Counted from the stretch's first letter, positions 24,775 to 32,628 are shown. The stretch: DNA of 34,025 nucleotides from a virus (IMGVR_UViG_3300037458_000628:1-34025), one strand, 5' to 3'. Program-made: numbers and translations. The notes: generated by a model not told the origin, from the sequence alone.

Positions 24775-26721
24775 GTGGCGACGACGTGGGGCGGGCCGCA
24801 GCCGTGGGGCGGGCCGCAGACGTGGGGCGGGGACGGCGGGATCGCCGCCATCGCCGCCCGCGCCGCCATCCCCCGACCCCGGGTGCTGGCCGACTCTGCG
24901 CCCGTGGCCCGCGTCCAGGTCGAGTTCACGGCCGGGGTGTGGACTGACCTCACGTCGCGGTGGGACGCCGCGCAGCCAGTGTCGATCACCGTGGGCCGCT
25001 CGGACACCGACGAGGCCCCGCAGCCCGGCCGGCTGTCCGGGCTGGTCCTCGACAACACCGACGGCGCCCTGACGGTCGGCAACACCGCATCCCCGTACGC
25101 ACCCAACGTCACCAGCGGCAAGCGCATCCGGCTGAGCATCCTCGACGACACCACCGGCGCGTGGAGCCACCGCTTCACCGGCCGGGTCGAGGGCTGGCCG
25201 CTGCGGTGGGCCGACAACGGCACGACCTGCTGGGTCGACGTGTCAGCCACGGACGCCCTCAACGACTGGGCGGTCGCGACCCTGCCGAGCGACTACATGC
25301 TGCGGCAGGCGCGGCAGGACTCGGGGCTGCTGGCCTACTGGGCGGCCACCTCGCTGACGCCGGCCGGGACGCTGCCCAGCTGGGGCGGCGGGCCGATGCG
25401 TAACGCGGGCAGCGCGCCCACCACGCTCACCGGCCCCGGCCTGCCCGGCGACCCCAGTCCGACGTTGGAGTTCGCCCTCGGCACCGGTGGCTACTACCTC
25501 GGGTCGTGCCCGGCCATGAGCGCAGACGACTGGACCCTCGCCGCCTGGTTCCGCGTCACCGAGGAGCCTGCGGCCGGCATCACCTACGGCACGCTGCGCC
25601 TCTACCTCGGCGCGGACTACGACTACGGGGTGGCCCTGCGGGTCAAGGCCGACGGCTGCTACGCCTCCGTCCGCACCGCCGGGGTGTGGGCCGACCGCAT
25701 CGGCCCGGTCGCCCCCGGGATCGCCGACGGCTCCTGGCACCACGTGGTCCTCACGCATCGCACGACCGGGCCCACCCTGACCCTGGCCGTGGACGACGAG
25801 GGCGGCAACGCACTGGGCATGTCCGGCGCCCCCTCCACGACCATCCGCACGGTCGCCATCGGTTCGATGGCCGGGGGGGTGGCGCACATCAGCCTGCGCG
25901 ACCTCAGCATCGCCCGCACCCACGCCGCGCTGGCCGCACCCGCCGCCGGGCTGGTGTCCCGCTCGGTGTCCGCGCGCATGGCCGAGATCGCCACACTGGC
26001 CGGGCTGTCCGCCCCCACCGTGGTCGGCACCCCCCGCCCGACGCTGGCCGCCGCCGCCCCGTTCGGCACCGCGCTCGAGCTGGCGCAGGCCGTGCTCGAC
26101 ACCGACGGGGGCACCCTGCACTGCTCCGGGGACGGCACCGTGGTCTACCGCGCCGGCTCGACCGCCACGACCGGCGCGCTCGCGCTGGAGCTTACCGCCG
26201 AGGACATCGGCCCTGACCTCGTCGTGCAGGCCGACCGCACCCACGTCGCCAACGAGATCACGGTGACCAATACGGCGCCGCTGGGCCCGTTCTCCCCGGA
26301 CCCGTCCACGACGGTGACGACGTGGGAGGACGCGGCCAGCATCGCCGCGATGGGCCGGCGGCCCCGGGAGTTGTCGACCGCGTGGAACCCCGACCAGACC
26401 ACCGACCAGGGCTACCTCGCGTCGCGCGCAGCGACCCTGCTGCGCACCGTGGAAACCCCGCGCATCCCCACCCTGACCACGGACGCCTACACCGCGCCCG
26501 CGGCTCGGCAGTCCGCCATCCTCGCCGCCTCCGTGTGGGACCGGATCGCGGTCACCGACCTGCCGACCGCGGGCGGGCTGCCGCCCGCGTGGCTGGGCCG
26601 CATCGAGGGGTGGACCGAGACCATCGGCGTGGACACGTGGTCGCTGGCCTACACCTGCTCGGCAGCGGGCAACCAGCTCGACGACGAAACGCTCGGCGAA
26701 CTCCCGCTCGCGCTCGGATAG
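24775..26721 (+). CDS. Minor tail/baseplate protein with LamG/ConA-like domain
   Basis: WTDLT...I.VGR..E.QPG....LDN.DG, RFTG.VE.WP, AYW, WTLAAWFR, DGSWHHVVLT, ANEITV, G.IEG.TETI. Confidence 0.85.
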   Translation: MATTWGGPQPWGGPQTWGGDGGIAAIAARAAIPRPRVLADSAPVARVQVEFTAGVWTDLTSRWDAAQPVSITVGRSDTDEAPQPGRLSGLVLDNTDGALTVGNTASPYAPNVTSGKRIRLSILDDTTGAWSHRFTGRVEGWPLRWADNGTTCWVDVSATDALNDWAVATLPSDYMLRQARQDSGLLAYWAATSLTPAGTLPSWGGGPMRNAGSAPTTLTGPGLPGDPSPTLEFALGTGGYYLGSCPAMSADDWTLAAWFRVTEEPAAGITYGTLRLYLGADYDYGVALRVKADGCYASVRTAGVWADRIGPVAPGIADGSWHHVVLTHRTTGPTLTLAVDDEGGNALGMSGAPSTTIRTVAIGSMAGGVAHISLRDLSIARTHAALAAPAAGLVSRSVSARMAEIATLAGLSAPTVVGTPRPTLAAAAPFGTALELAQAVLDTDGGTLHCSGDGTVVYRAGSTATTGALALELTAEDIGPDLVVQADRTHVANEITVTNTAPLGPFSPDPSTTVTTWEDAASIAAMGRRPRELSTAWNPDQTTDQGYLASRAATLLRTVETPRIPTLTTDAYTAPAARQSAILAASVWDRIAVTDLPTAGGLPPAWLGRIEGWTETIGVDTWSLAYTCSAAGNQLDDETLGELPLALG

Positions 26722-26728
26722 GAGACCC

Positions 26729-27196
26729 ATGGGCACCCGGACGACCGCCTTCGCCACCGGCGAGACGCTGACCGCCGCCGACCTGAATGCGTGGGCGGGC
26801 CCGGCGAATGCGTGGACGCCGCAGGTCGACCAGGGGGCCACGACCGACATCGCGAAGACCGTCGACACCACGGGCACGACGTACTGGCAGTTCGGCAAGC
26901 ACGTGTCCGGCCGGTTCGACCTGACCATCACGGGGACGGGGACCGCGGGTGCGGCGGTGGTCGTGAGCCTGCCCACCGCCCGGGTCGGCGGGGCGTACCA
27001 GGGCGTGGGGCATGGCATGTTCTACGACGCCTCGGCGAACATGTTCTATCCGTTCATCGTCCTCCTGCGCTCCATCGACGCCAGCATCGAGTTCATCCGC
27101 TGTGACGCCGGCAACGGGCGGATCGGCTCCGACCCCAACGTCGCGCTGGCCAACGGCGACCTGCTCACGGGCTACTTCGAGTACGAGGCGTCCTGA
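26729..27196 (+). CDS. Minor tail / fibre tip protein
   Basis: F..GE.LTAADLN N-terminus, WTP, Y.Q.GK.V, SLP, G.FEYE. Confidence 0.8.
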   Translation: MGTRTTAFATGETLTAADLNAWAGPANAWTPQVDQGATTDIAKTVDTTGTTYWQFGKHVSGRFDLTITGTGTAGAAVVVSLPTARVGGAYQGVGHGMFYDASANMFYPFIVLLRSIDASIEFIRCDAGNGRIGSDPNVALANGDLLTGYFEYEAS

Positions 27197-27588
27197 TGGC
27201 CCGGACTGAGCTGCCGTGGCTGCTCCTCGGCCGGATGATCCGCCCCTACGCGCTCGCGGTGTCCGTGGCCACGTTCGCACTCGCCGCGGTCATCCTCGGC
27301 GGGGCGACCGTGTGGGGCGACGACCGGGACGTGTGGTCGGTGGCGTCCGCCGCGCTGGCGGTCGCCGCGACCGGGCTGCTGTGGGTCGGCTGGTGGGCCC
27401 GGTCGAACGCGGTCATGGAGCACGGGCTCATCCTGTCCGCGGTCGTCTTCGCCATCCGCGGGACCTACATCGGCATCTTGTCGGGCAACTGGTGGACGGC
27501 GCTGCTGTCCTGGGCATGGACCATCGCCTCTGGGGGGGCGTGGCTGCTGGAACGCACCACGGGCGCCGGGGGCGGTGATGAGCGCTGA
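27196..27588 (+). CDS. Four-TM membrane protein (lysis region)
   Basis: Four hydrophobic segments; TGATG coupling. Confidence 0.8.
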   Translation: MARTELPWLLLGRMIRPYALAVSVATFALAAVILGGATVWGDDRDVWSVASAALAVAATGLLWVGWWARSNAVMEHGLILSAVVFAIRGTYIGILSGNWWTALLSWAWTIASGGAWLLERTTGAGGGDER

Positions 27589-27724
27589 AGCCATCGCGGC
27601 GACCGTGGGCCTCGGGGTCTACGTGCTGCTGCGAATCGTGGACTACCTGCTGCCCAAGGGCCGTCACTTTCGGTTTGTCAACCGCTACTCAGAGCCAGAC
27701 GAGCCCGAGAAGTCCAACCAGTAA
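27578..27724 (+). CDS. 48-aa single-TM protein (not in ORF track)
   Basis: MSAEAIAATVGLGVYVLLRIVDYLLPKGRHFRFVNRYSEPDEPEKSNQ* fills the gap between two membrane genes. Confidence 0.65.
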   Translation: MSAEAIAATVGLGVYVLLRIVDYLLPKGRHFRFVNRYSEPDEPEKSNQ

Positions 27725-27744
27725 GGCCGACGCAAGGGGGAACG

Positions 27745-27936
27745 ATGAAGCTGACCGCCGCTCGCCGTAAGGCGATCTACGCGCTCGCCGCCGCCGTGGC
27801 CGCGCTGCTCGTCGCGTACCGCGTCATCGCCGCCGACGCCGCACCGCTGTGGCTGGCGCTGGTGTCCGCGCTGCTCGGGGTGGCCGCACCGTCGGTCGCC
27901 CTCGCGCACGTCACCCCGGACGACGACCATGCCTGA
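27745..27936 (+). CDS. Holin (2 TM)
   Basis: RKAIYALAAAV..LLVAY.VI....APLWL.LV..LLG actinophage holin pattern; adjacent to endolysin. Confidence 0.85.
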   Translation: MKLTAARRKAIYALAAAVAALLVAYRVIAADAAPLWLALVSALLGVAAPSVALAHVTPDDDHA

Positions 27937-28783
27937 CCCCCTGCCCCCGCCCCGCGGCGCCGAGGACCGCATCCGCTGGTTCCTGGCCAACAAGCCGTCC
28001 GGCCCGGGCATGTGCGCGCAGCACTCGTGGCACGCCCTCGGCGGCGACCGGGGCAACCCACCCCGCTGGTACGCGGCGAACGCGAACGCCGTCTACGACA
28101 AGGTCCGCGCCGCCGGTCGCTACTGGACCTCGGACCCGCCCCGCGGCGCGTTGGTGCTGTGGGAGTACGGCACGAACGGGCACGCCGCGCTGAGCCTCGG
28201 CGACGGGCGCATCGCCACCACGGACGCCACCGGCTCCCGCAACGGCGAGCCCGGCATCGAGCCGATCGGCTACCCCGCGAAGTGGGGCGCCAGCCCGATC
28301 AAGCGCATCTGGACCGACACCTACAACGGCGTTCGCTTCGGAGTGGGATCTGAGATGACGACCAGTGGCACCGCCCCGAGGAAGACCCTCGACCCGTGGC
28401 CCGTGGGCAAGTCCTGCATGATCAAGGTCGGCGCGAGCACGAAGCCGAACTGGGTCACGGTCAAGGGCGGCAAGTGGGTGACGCTGGCCATCATCGACCT
28501 GCCCGCCGGGGCCGACTTCCTCGTGACCGAGCAGGTCCGCATGCCCAAGGGCCTCGCCGCCGGTGAGGCCCGTCTCGCCCGCCTCGGCTGGGGCGCGGCA
28601 GCCCCCGGCGCGGTCGACGCCACCGGGCACAACCCGATCCCGCCGGGCACGATCGTCTCCCGCTGGCGGACCCCCATCCAGGGGCACCCGATGGCCGGCG
28701 GCGGGCCGTTGGCCTTCCAGGTCCACCTGCCCGAGGGCGTCCACCGGCTGAGGTTCGTCGCGAAGGCGCTGCGCGTCGCCTGA
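27929..28783 (+). CDS. Endolysin: CHAP/NlpC-like cysteine peptidase plus C-terminal domain
   Basis: GMCAQ...PPRGALVLW...GHAALSLGDG...TTD (Cys/His catalytic pair). Confidence 0.85.
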   Translation: MPDPLPPPRGAEDRIRWFLANKPSGPGMCAQHSWHALGGDRGNPPRWYAANANAVYDKVRAAGRYWTSDPPRGALVLWEYGTNGHAALSLGDGRIATTDATGSRNGEPGIEPIGYPAKWGASPIKRIWTDTYNGVRFGVGSEMTTSGTAPRKTLDPWPVGKSCMIKVGASTKPNWVTVKGGKWVTLAIIDLPAGADFLVTEQVRMPKGLAAGEARLARLGWGAAAPGAVDATGHNPIPPGTIVSRWRTPIQGHPMAGGGPLAFQVHLPEGVHRLRFVAKALRVA

Positions 28784-28804
28784 CCCCCCGCACCGCCCCC
28801 TGAC

Positions 28805-28874
28805 CGCCCCCCGATCCGCGTTCCGCTGGCCGCCCCCCTGGCCGCGTTGCAGCGCGGGTCGGGGGGCGACTTTT
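28805..28874 (+). terminator. Intrinsic terminator ending the late operon
   Basis: 16-bp stem 28805-28820/28853-28868 (one G-U), large loop, followed by ACTTTT. Confidence 0.7.
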
Positions 28875-28902
28875 CCATGCCCAGATTCATCGCCCACATG
28901 TA

Positions 28903-28932
28903 TTGACACCGCGTATTGACAGGGCGTAGTCT
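28903..28932 (+). promoter_or_regulatory. SigA-type promoter (leaderless) with tandem GTATTGACA operator repeats
   Basis: TTGACA-18-TAGTCT, ATG 6 nt after the -10; GTATTGACA at 28900-28908 and 28913-28921. Confidence 0.85.
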
Positions 28933-28938
28933 GAAGAC

Positions 28939-29151
28939 ATGACAACGAACCGGATGCACAAGGGCCAGCACTACTACCTCCCCGCCGACTACTACGCCGC
29001 CGGTGCCTACCGCACCGCCTCCGGCGCCACGTACGCCACCTACATGGGCAGCGTCCGCCTCGATCGGCGCTACTGGGTCTTCCAAGGCTCAACCTCCGAC
29101 AGCATCTTCATCCCGGCCGGCACCGCCGACGTCACCCCCAAGGAGGCGTGA
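28939..29151 (+). CDS. Tyr-rich hypothetical protein (leaderless)
   Basis: Start coincides with the predicted TSS; GTGA overlap with the RHH gene. Confidence 0.8.
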   Translation: MTTNRMHKGQHYYLPADYYAAGAYRTASGATYATYMGSVRLDRRYWVFQGSTSDSIFIPAGTADVTPKEA

Positions 29152-29336
29152 CCGTGACCCGCCCGCACACCCCGCCGCGCTCGGTGCGCGTCCCCGACGC
29201 CGTCTGGCAGGCGGCCCGGGACCGCGCCGAGGCCGAGGGCACCACCGTCACCGCCGTCATCCTGCGCGCGCTCACCCGCTACGCCAAGGGCGGGGCCGAC
29301 GGCACCCGCGGCGGACACGGAGGAACGAAGCCATGA
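29148..29336 (+). CDS. Ribbon-helix-helix DNA-binding protein
   Basis: TP.RSVRVPD.VW.AA..RA..EG.TVT.VI..AL..Y; start at 29148 or 29154. Confidence 0.88.
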   Translation: MTVTRPHTPPRSVRVPDAVWQAARDRAEAEGTTVTAVILRALTRYAKGGADGTRGGHGGTKP

Positions 29337-29581
29337 GCAGCATGAGCCGGGCCACCATCGACGCCCTACGCGCCGAGGGCATCACCCGCCGCAAGTACGT
29401 CGCCCACATCGCCGCATGGCTGACCTACGACACGCCCGACCCAGAGTGGCACGGCGACCGTTGCGGCTGCCCCGACGACCGCTGCATCGGCTTCCACCAC
29501 GGACCCGACGAGGAGTGCGGCTGCCTCGCCGTGTTCGTCGCGGAGATTCACGACGCCGCCCGCGCCGCCTCCCGCAGCTGA
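29333..29581 (+). CDS. Cys/His-rich hypothetical protein
   Basis: GGAGG RBS; WHGDRCGCPDDRCIGFHH...ECGCL. Confidence 0.8.
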   Translation: MSSMSRATIDALRAEGITRRKYVAHIAAWLTYDTPDPEWHGDRCGCPDDRCIGFHHGPDEECGCLAVFVAEIHDAARAASRS

Positions 29582-30357
29582 CTGAGCGGCAACGCGACGT
29601 ACACCTGCGTCGTCGCCGGGGACGTGTGCCCCAGCAGGCGCTGCACCGCGAGCAGGTCCCGCCCCGCGGCGTACGCCCGGGAGGCGTAGCGGTGCCGCAG
29701 GGCGTGCCCCGACCAGCCCGGGCCGAGCAGCCGCGACAGGTGCTCCCCGACCGTCCCCGGGGCCATGTGCCCGCCGGCCGTGGGGAAGACGTACACCGGG
29801 GCGGCGGCGCGGATGAGCGCGGCTAGGTCGTCGGGGATGGGCACCAGGCGGGACCGCCCGCCCTTCCCGGTCACCCGCAGCACCGGGCCGTCGTCGGCGT
29901 CGCTGAGGTCGGCGAACCGCAGCCCGGCGATCTCTGCCCGGCGCAGCCCCGCCCGCGCCGCGAGCTCGAGCATGAGCCGGTCGCGGGGGTCGGTGGCCTT
30001 CGCCCGGGCCGCGTCGAGCGCGGCGTCGGTGACCGGCAGCCGGGCGGCGGGGGGCACGCGCACCGCGGGCAGGGTGAAGGCGGGGTCGTCGGCGCGTCGG
30101 CCGGTGGCGTGCAGCCACGCGAAGAAGGCGCGCACGGCGCTGCGGTTGGCTGCCCGGGTGGCCGGGGCCCAGTCGTCGCAGGCCATCCACGCGGCCACGT
30201 CGTCGGCGGTGGCGGTGAGCGGGTCGAGCGCCCGGCACAGGTCGGTGACCTGCCGGCGGCGCATGGCCACGGTCGTGGGTGACCTGCCGCCCGCGCGCAG
30301 CCAGGTCACGAACCCGTCGATCAGGTCCCCCCGCATCATCACCACCCGGCGTGCCAT
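29548..30357 (-). CDS. int: Tyrosine integrase, short arm-less type
   Basis: GLRRAEI (R), GKGG (K), HALRH (HxxR), LLGH, TQVY; 269 aa; GGAGG RBS. Confidence 0.95.
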   Translation of the reverse strand: MARRVVMMRGDLIDGFVTWLRAGGRSPTTVAMRRRQVTDLCRALDPLTATADDVAAWMACDDWAPATRAANRSAVRAFFAWLHATGRRADDPAFTLPAVRVPPAARLPVTDAALDAARAKATDPRDRLMLELAARAGLRRAEIAGLRFADLSDADDGPVLRVTGKGGRSRLVPIPDDLAALIRAAAPVYVFPTAGGHMAPGTVGEHLSRLLGPGWSGHALRHRYASRAYAAGRDLLAVQRLLGHTSPATTQVYVALPLSQLREAARAAS

Positions 30358-30389
30358 CGTGGCCTCCCCCCTGCCGGGATGCGCGGTGG

Positions 30390-30764
30390 CTAGGCCGCTT
30401 CACCCTCTTGGAGTAGTAGCGTCGGGTTCCACATCAGCGCCACCGCCCCGGGCGATATGGGGTCGTCGTCGTCGTACACGTGGGTGTCGCTGCCATCCGC
30501 TCCGTAGCGAAGTCGCACCAGGCCATCGGCACGGCGCACCAGTTCGGCGAACGTCGTACCGAGCGCGCGGGCGATCGCCTCACCCTCGGTCACCGTCAGG
30601 TCGGTGTGCCCCATGAGTCGTCGGTTCAGCCACGGCTGGGAGACCTGCAACCGCTGCGCGAGGCGCAGCTGGTTGATGTGGCGCCGCGCCATCTCAGCGC
30701 GGATCTCGTCGATGAGCGCCCACTTCAGCGGGCTGTCGCTGCCGCTCTCCATCGCTGCGCTCAC
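30390..30764 (-). CDS. Immunity repressor (XRE HTH) with C-terminal extension ending EAA
   Basis: IRAEMARR..NQ..LA..L.VSQ.W..RRL.G; co-oriented with int and divergent from cro. Confidence 0.88.
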   Translation of the reverse strand: MSAAMESGSDSPLKWALIDEIRAEMARRHINQLRLAQRLQVSQPWLNRRLMGHTDLTVTEGEAIARALGTTFAELVRRADGLVRLRYGADGSDTHVYDDDDPISPGAVALMWNPTLLLQEGEAA

Positions 30765-30770
30765 ACCTCC

Positions 30771-30799
30771 ACGGTATCCGGTTCGCGCATATCTGTGAA
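30771..30799 (-). promoter_or_regulatory. Repressor promoter (leaderless) with operator in the spacer
   Basis: Minus strand TTCACA-17-TACCGT, GTG 6 nt downstream; operator TATCCG-N5-CGCATA at 30775-30791. Confidence 0.7.
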
Positions 30800-30830
30800 C
30801 GGGTGACGTGCGTCACTTCCGCGTGTCGTG

Positions 30831-30860
30831 TTGACACGCGATTCCGCTAAGCGGTATCAC
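30831..30860 (+). promoter_or_regulatory. Early lytic (cro) promoter with operator
   Basis: TTGACA-18-TATCAC, ATG 6 nt downstream; operator ATTCCG-N5-CGGTAT at 30841-30857. Confidence 0.7.
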
Positions 30861-30866
30861 TACCCC

Positions 30867-31091
30867 ATGCCGCAAACTTCATACGCGCTCGGAGTCACGA
30901 ATACGATCCGCGCCGAGATGGCCCGCCGAAAGATGAGTCAGAAGGACCTCGCCGACGCCCTCGGGCTCTCGCAGCCCGCTGCGTCCCGCCGGCTCAACGG
31001 TCACACCGAGTTCACGGTGGGGGAGTTGCTGGAGATTGCCGCAGTGCTCGGCGTCGCCCCGGCCGTCCTGCTCGGCGAGGACGCAGCATGA
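30867..31091 (+). CDS. cro: Cro-like XRE HTH protein
   Basis: IRAEMARRKMSQKDLADALGLSQPAASRRLNG; first gene of the divergent early operon. Confidence 0.88.
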   Translation: MPQTSYALGVTNTIRAEMARRKMSQKDLADALGLSQPAASRRLNGHTEFTVGELLEIAAVLGVAPAVLLGEDAA

Positions 31092-31426
31092 TCGCCCGCG
31101 CCCTCCTCGCCGCCGCGCTGGCCGCCGCCGCGCTCACCGTGCCCGCCCCGCCCGTCGAGGCCGGCACCCCCCGCTGCGCCACCCACCCCGAGGCCCGCCA
31201 GCTCCAGCGCGGCATGACCGTACGGCAGGTCCAGCGCCTCCTCGGGCCCAAGGGCAAGGTCGTGTGGACCATCCGCGGCGGGCGTGGGCAGGTCCGCACC
31301 TACCGGGTGTGCCCCCAGTACGTGGCCTCGCCGACCTCGTGGGTGGCCGTGAGCTTCGTCAACGGCAGGTTGCGCGAGGCCAACGCGAGGTTCGTGCGCA
31401 AGCCCGTGCGGGGGGTCCTGCTGTGA
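31088..31426 (+). CDS. Exported protein with BamE/SmpA/BLIP-like motif
   Basis: Signal-peptide-like N-terminus ending VEA; LQRGMT..QV..LLG motif; two Cys. Confidence 0.7.
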   Translation: MIARALLAAALAAAALTVPAPPVEAGTPRCATHPEARQLQRGMTVRQVQRLLGPKGKVVWTIRGGRGQVRTYRVCPQYVASPTSWVAVSFVNGRLREANARFVRKPVRGVLL

Positions 31427-31695
31427 CCACCGTCCTCGTCGTGCTGGTCGCCTGGTGCGCCCTCGCGCTCGCCGTCACCATCGCGTGGGCCGCGATGGGC
31501 GCCCCGTCCCGCCGCCGCCGCGCGTGGGACGCCCACACCGCGCAGGCGCTCGCCGTGGCCGCCCGACGGCACCCCACCGCCCCCTGCCCCGACTGCGGGC
31601 AGCGCACCGACCTGATGGCCCAGCACCGGCGACTGTGGCACGACACGCGGCGGGTGCTCGCCCCCGAGGACCGCGCCGACTGGGGTGCGCGGTGA
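31423..31695 (+). CDS. Membrane-anchored protein with C2H2-like finger
   Basis: N-terminal TM, CPDC...H...H; GTGA overlaps. Confidence 0.7.
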   Translation: MTTVLVVLVAWCALALAVTIAWAAMGAPSRRRRAWDAHTAQALAVAARRHPTAPCPDCGQRTDLMAQHRRLWHDTRRVLAPEDRADWGAR

Positions 31696-31991
31696 CCGCC
31701 CGCGACCTGCACAGCCCCGAGGTCGAAGCCGCGCGCAAGGCGTGGATGGACTCGTGGGCGCGGTACACCGTCGCCCCCGGCGAAAACGACGACCGCATCC
31801 TCAGACTCCGCCTCGCCGACGCCCTCGCCGCCGCCGAGCCGATCATCCGCGCCGACGAGCTGCGCCGCGAGACAGGCACCTGGCTGGCGACACACCGCGC
31901 CGCCGTGGCCGAGGAGATCGCCCAAGCCCTGCCGCCCGCCTGCTGGTGCGGCTGCGCCGACATCGCCCGCGAGCACGGGGGCACCCCATGA
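31692..31991 (+). CDS. Hypothetical protein, partial paralog of 2681-2908
   Basis: Shared MTAxD, IRADE and AEEIAQA motifs. Confidence 0.7.
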   Translation: MTARDLHSPEVEAARKAWMDSWARYTVAPGENDDRILRLRLADALAAAEPIIRADELRRETGTWLATHRAAVAEEIAQALPPACWCGCADIAREHGGTP

Positions 31992-32326
31992 GCCGCGCCC
32001 GGGCCAAGGGCACCGCGTGGGAGTCCGCCATCGTCAACTACCTCCGCGACCACGGCTGGCCCCACGCCGAGCGGCGCAGCCTGTCCGGGGCCAACGACCG
32101 CGGCGACATCGCCGGCGTCGTCGGCGTCGTCATCGAAGCCAAGTCCGTCAAGCGGGTCGAACTCGCCGCCATCCTCGACGAGGCCGTCGTCGAGGCGATG
32201 AACGCCGGCGGCGCGGTCGGGGCGGCGTGGATCAAGCGCCGCGGGAAGACCAGCCCCGGCGGCGGGTTCGTCCTCATGGACGGGGCCACGTTCGTCCGAC
32301 TGCTGCGCGAAGCGGGGTACCAGTGA
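31988..32326 (+). CDS. Holliday junction resolvase (Hjc-like PD-(D/E)xK)
   Basis: KGT.WE..IV.YL...G....ERR...G..D.GDI......IEAK. Confidence 0.88.
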   Translation: MSRARAKGTAWESAIVNYLRDHGWPHAERRSLSGANDRGDIAGVVGVVIEAKSVKRVELAAILDEAVVEAMNAGGAVGAAWIKRRGKTSPGGGFVLMDGATFVRLLREAGYQ

Positions 32327-32628
32327 CCTGCGCCGGCCCCGACTGCACCCGCCCCGCCCAGCACGCCGGGCTCTGCGCGCCGCACCGCCGCCAGCAGCTC
32401 CGCGGCCGGGACCTCACCCCCCTGCGCCTGCGCGGCCTGCCCGCCGACCAGTGCATCGTCTGCCAGGACGTCGACGAGGTCCTGCGCGGCATCCCCATCG
32501 AGGTCGCCGCACCCCGCGTGCGCATGACCCCCGCCAGCCTCGAGCGGCACCTGCGCCGCCACGAGCGCCCCGACCTGCTCGCGGCCATGCCCCGGCTGGC
32601 CGAGATCACGCCCACCCCCTACCGGTGA
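32323..32628 (+). CDS. Zn finger plus HTH-like hypothetical protein
   Basis: C....C.R....GLC..H, CIVC, SLERHLRRH.RPDL. Confidence 0.75.
   Translation: MTCAGPDCTRPAQHAGLCAPHRRQQLRGRDLTPLRLRGLPADQCIVCQDVDEVLRGIPIEVAAPRVRMTPASLERHLRRHERPDLLAAMPRLAEITPTPYR

Noticed and set aside
30405-30440. tRNA-derived attP core (GGGTTCCA resembling a T-loop)
   Set aside because: No GTTCGA, T-stem or acceptor-stem match; too weak to call
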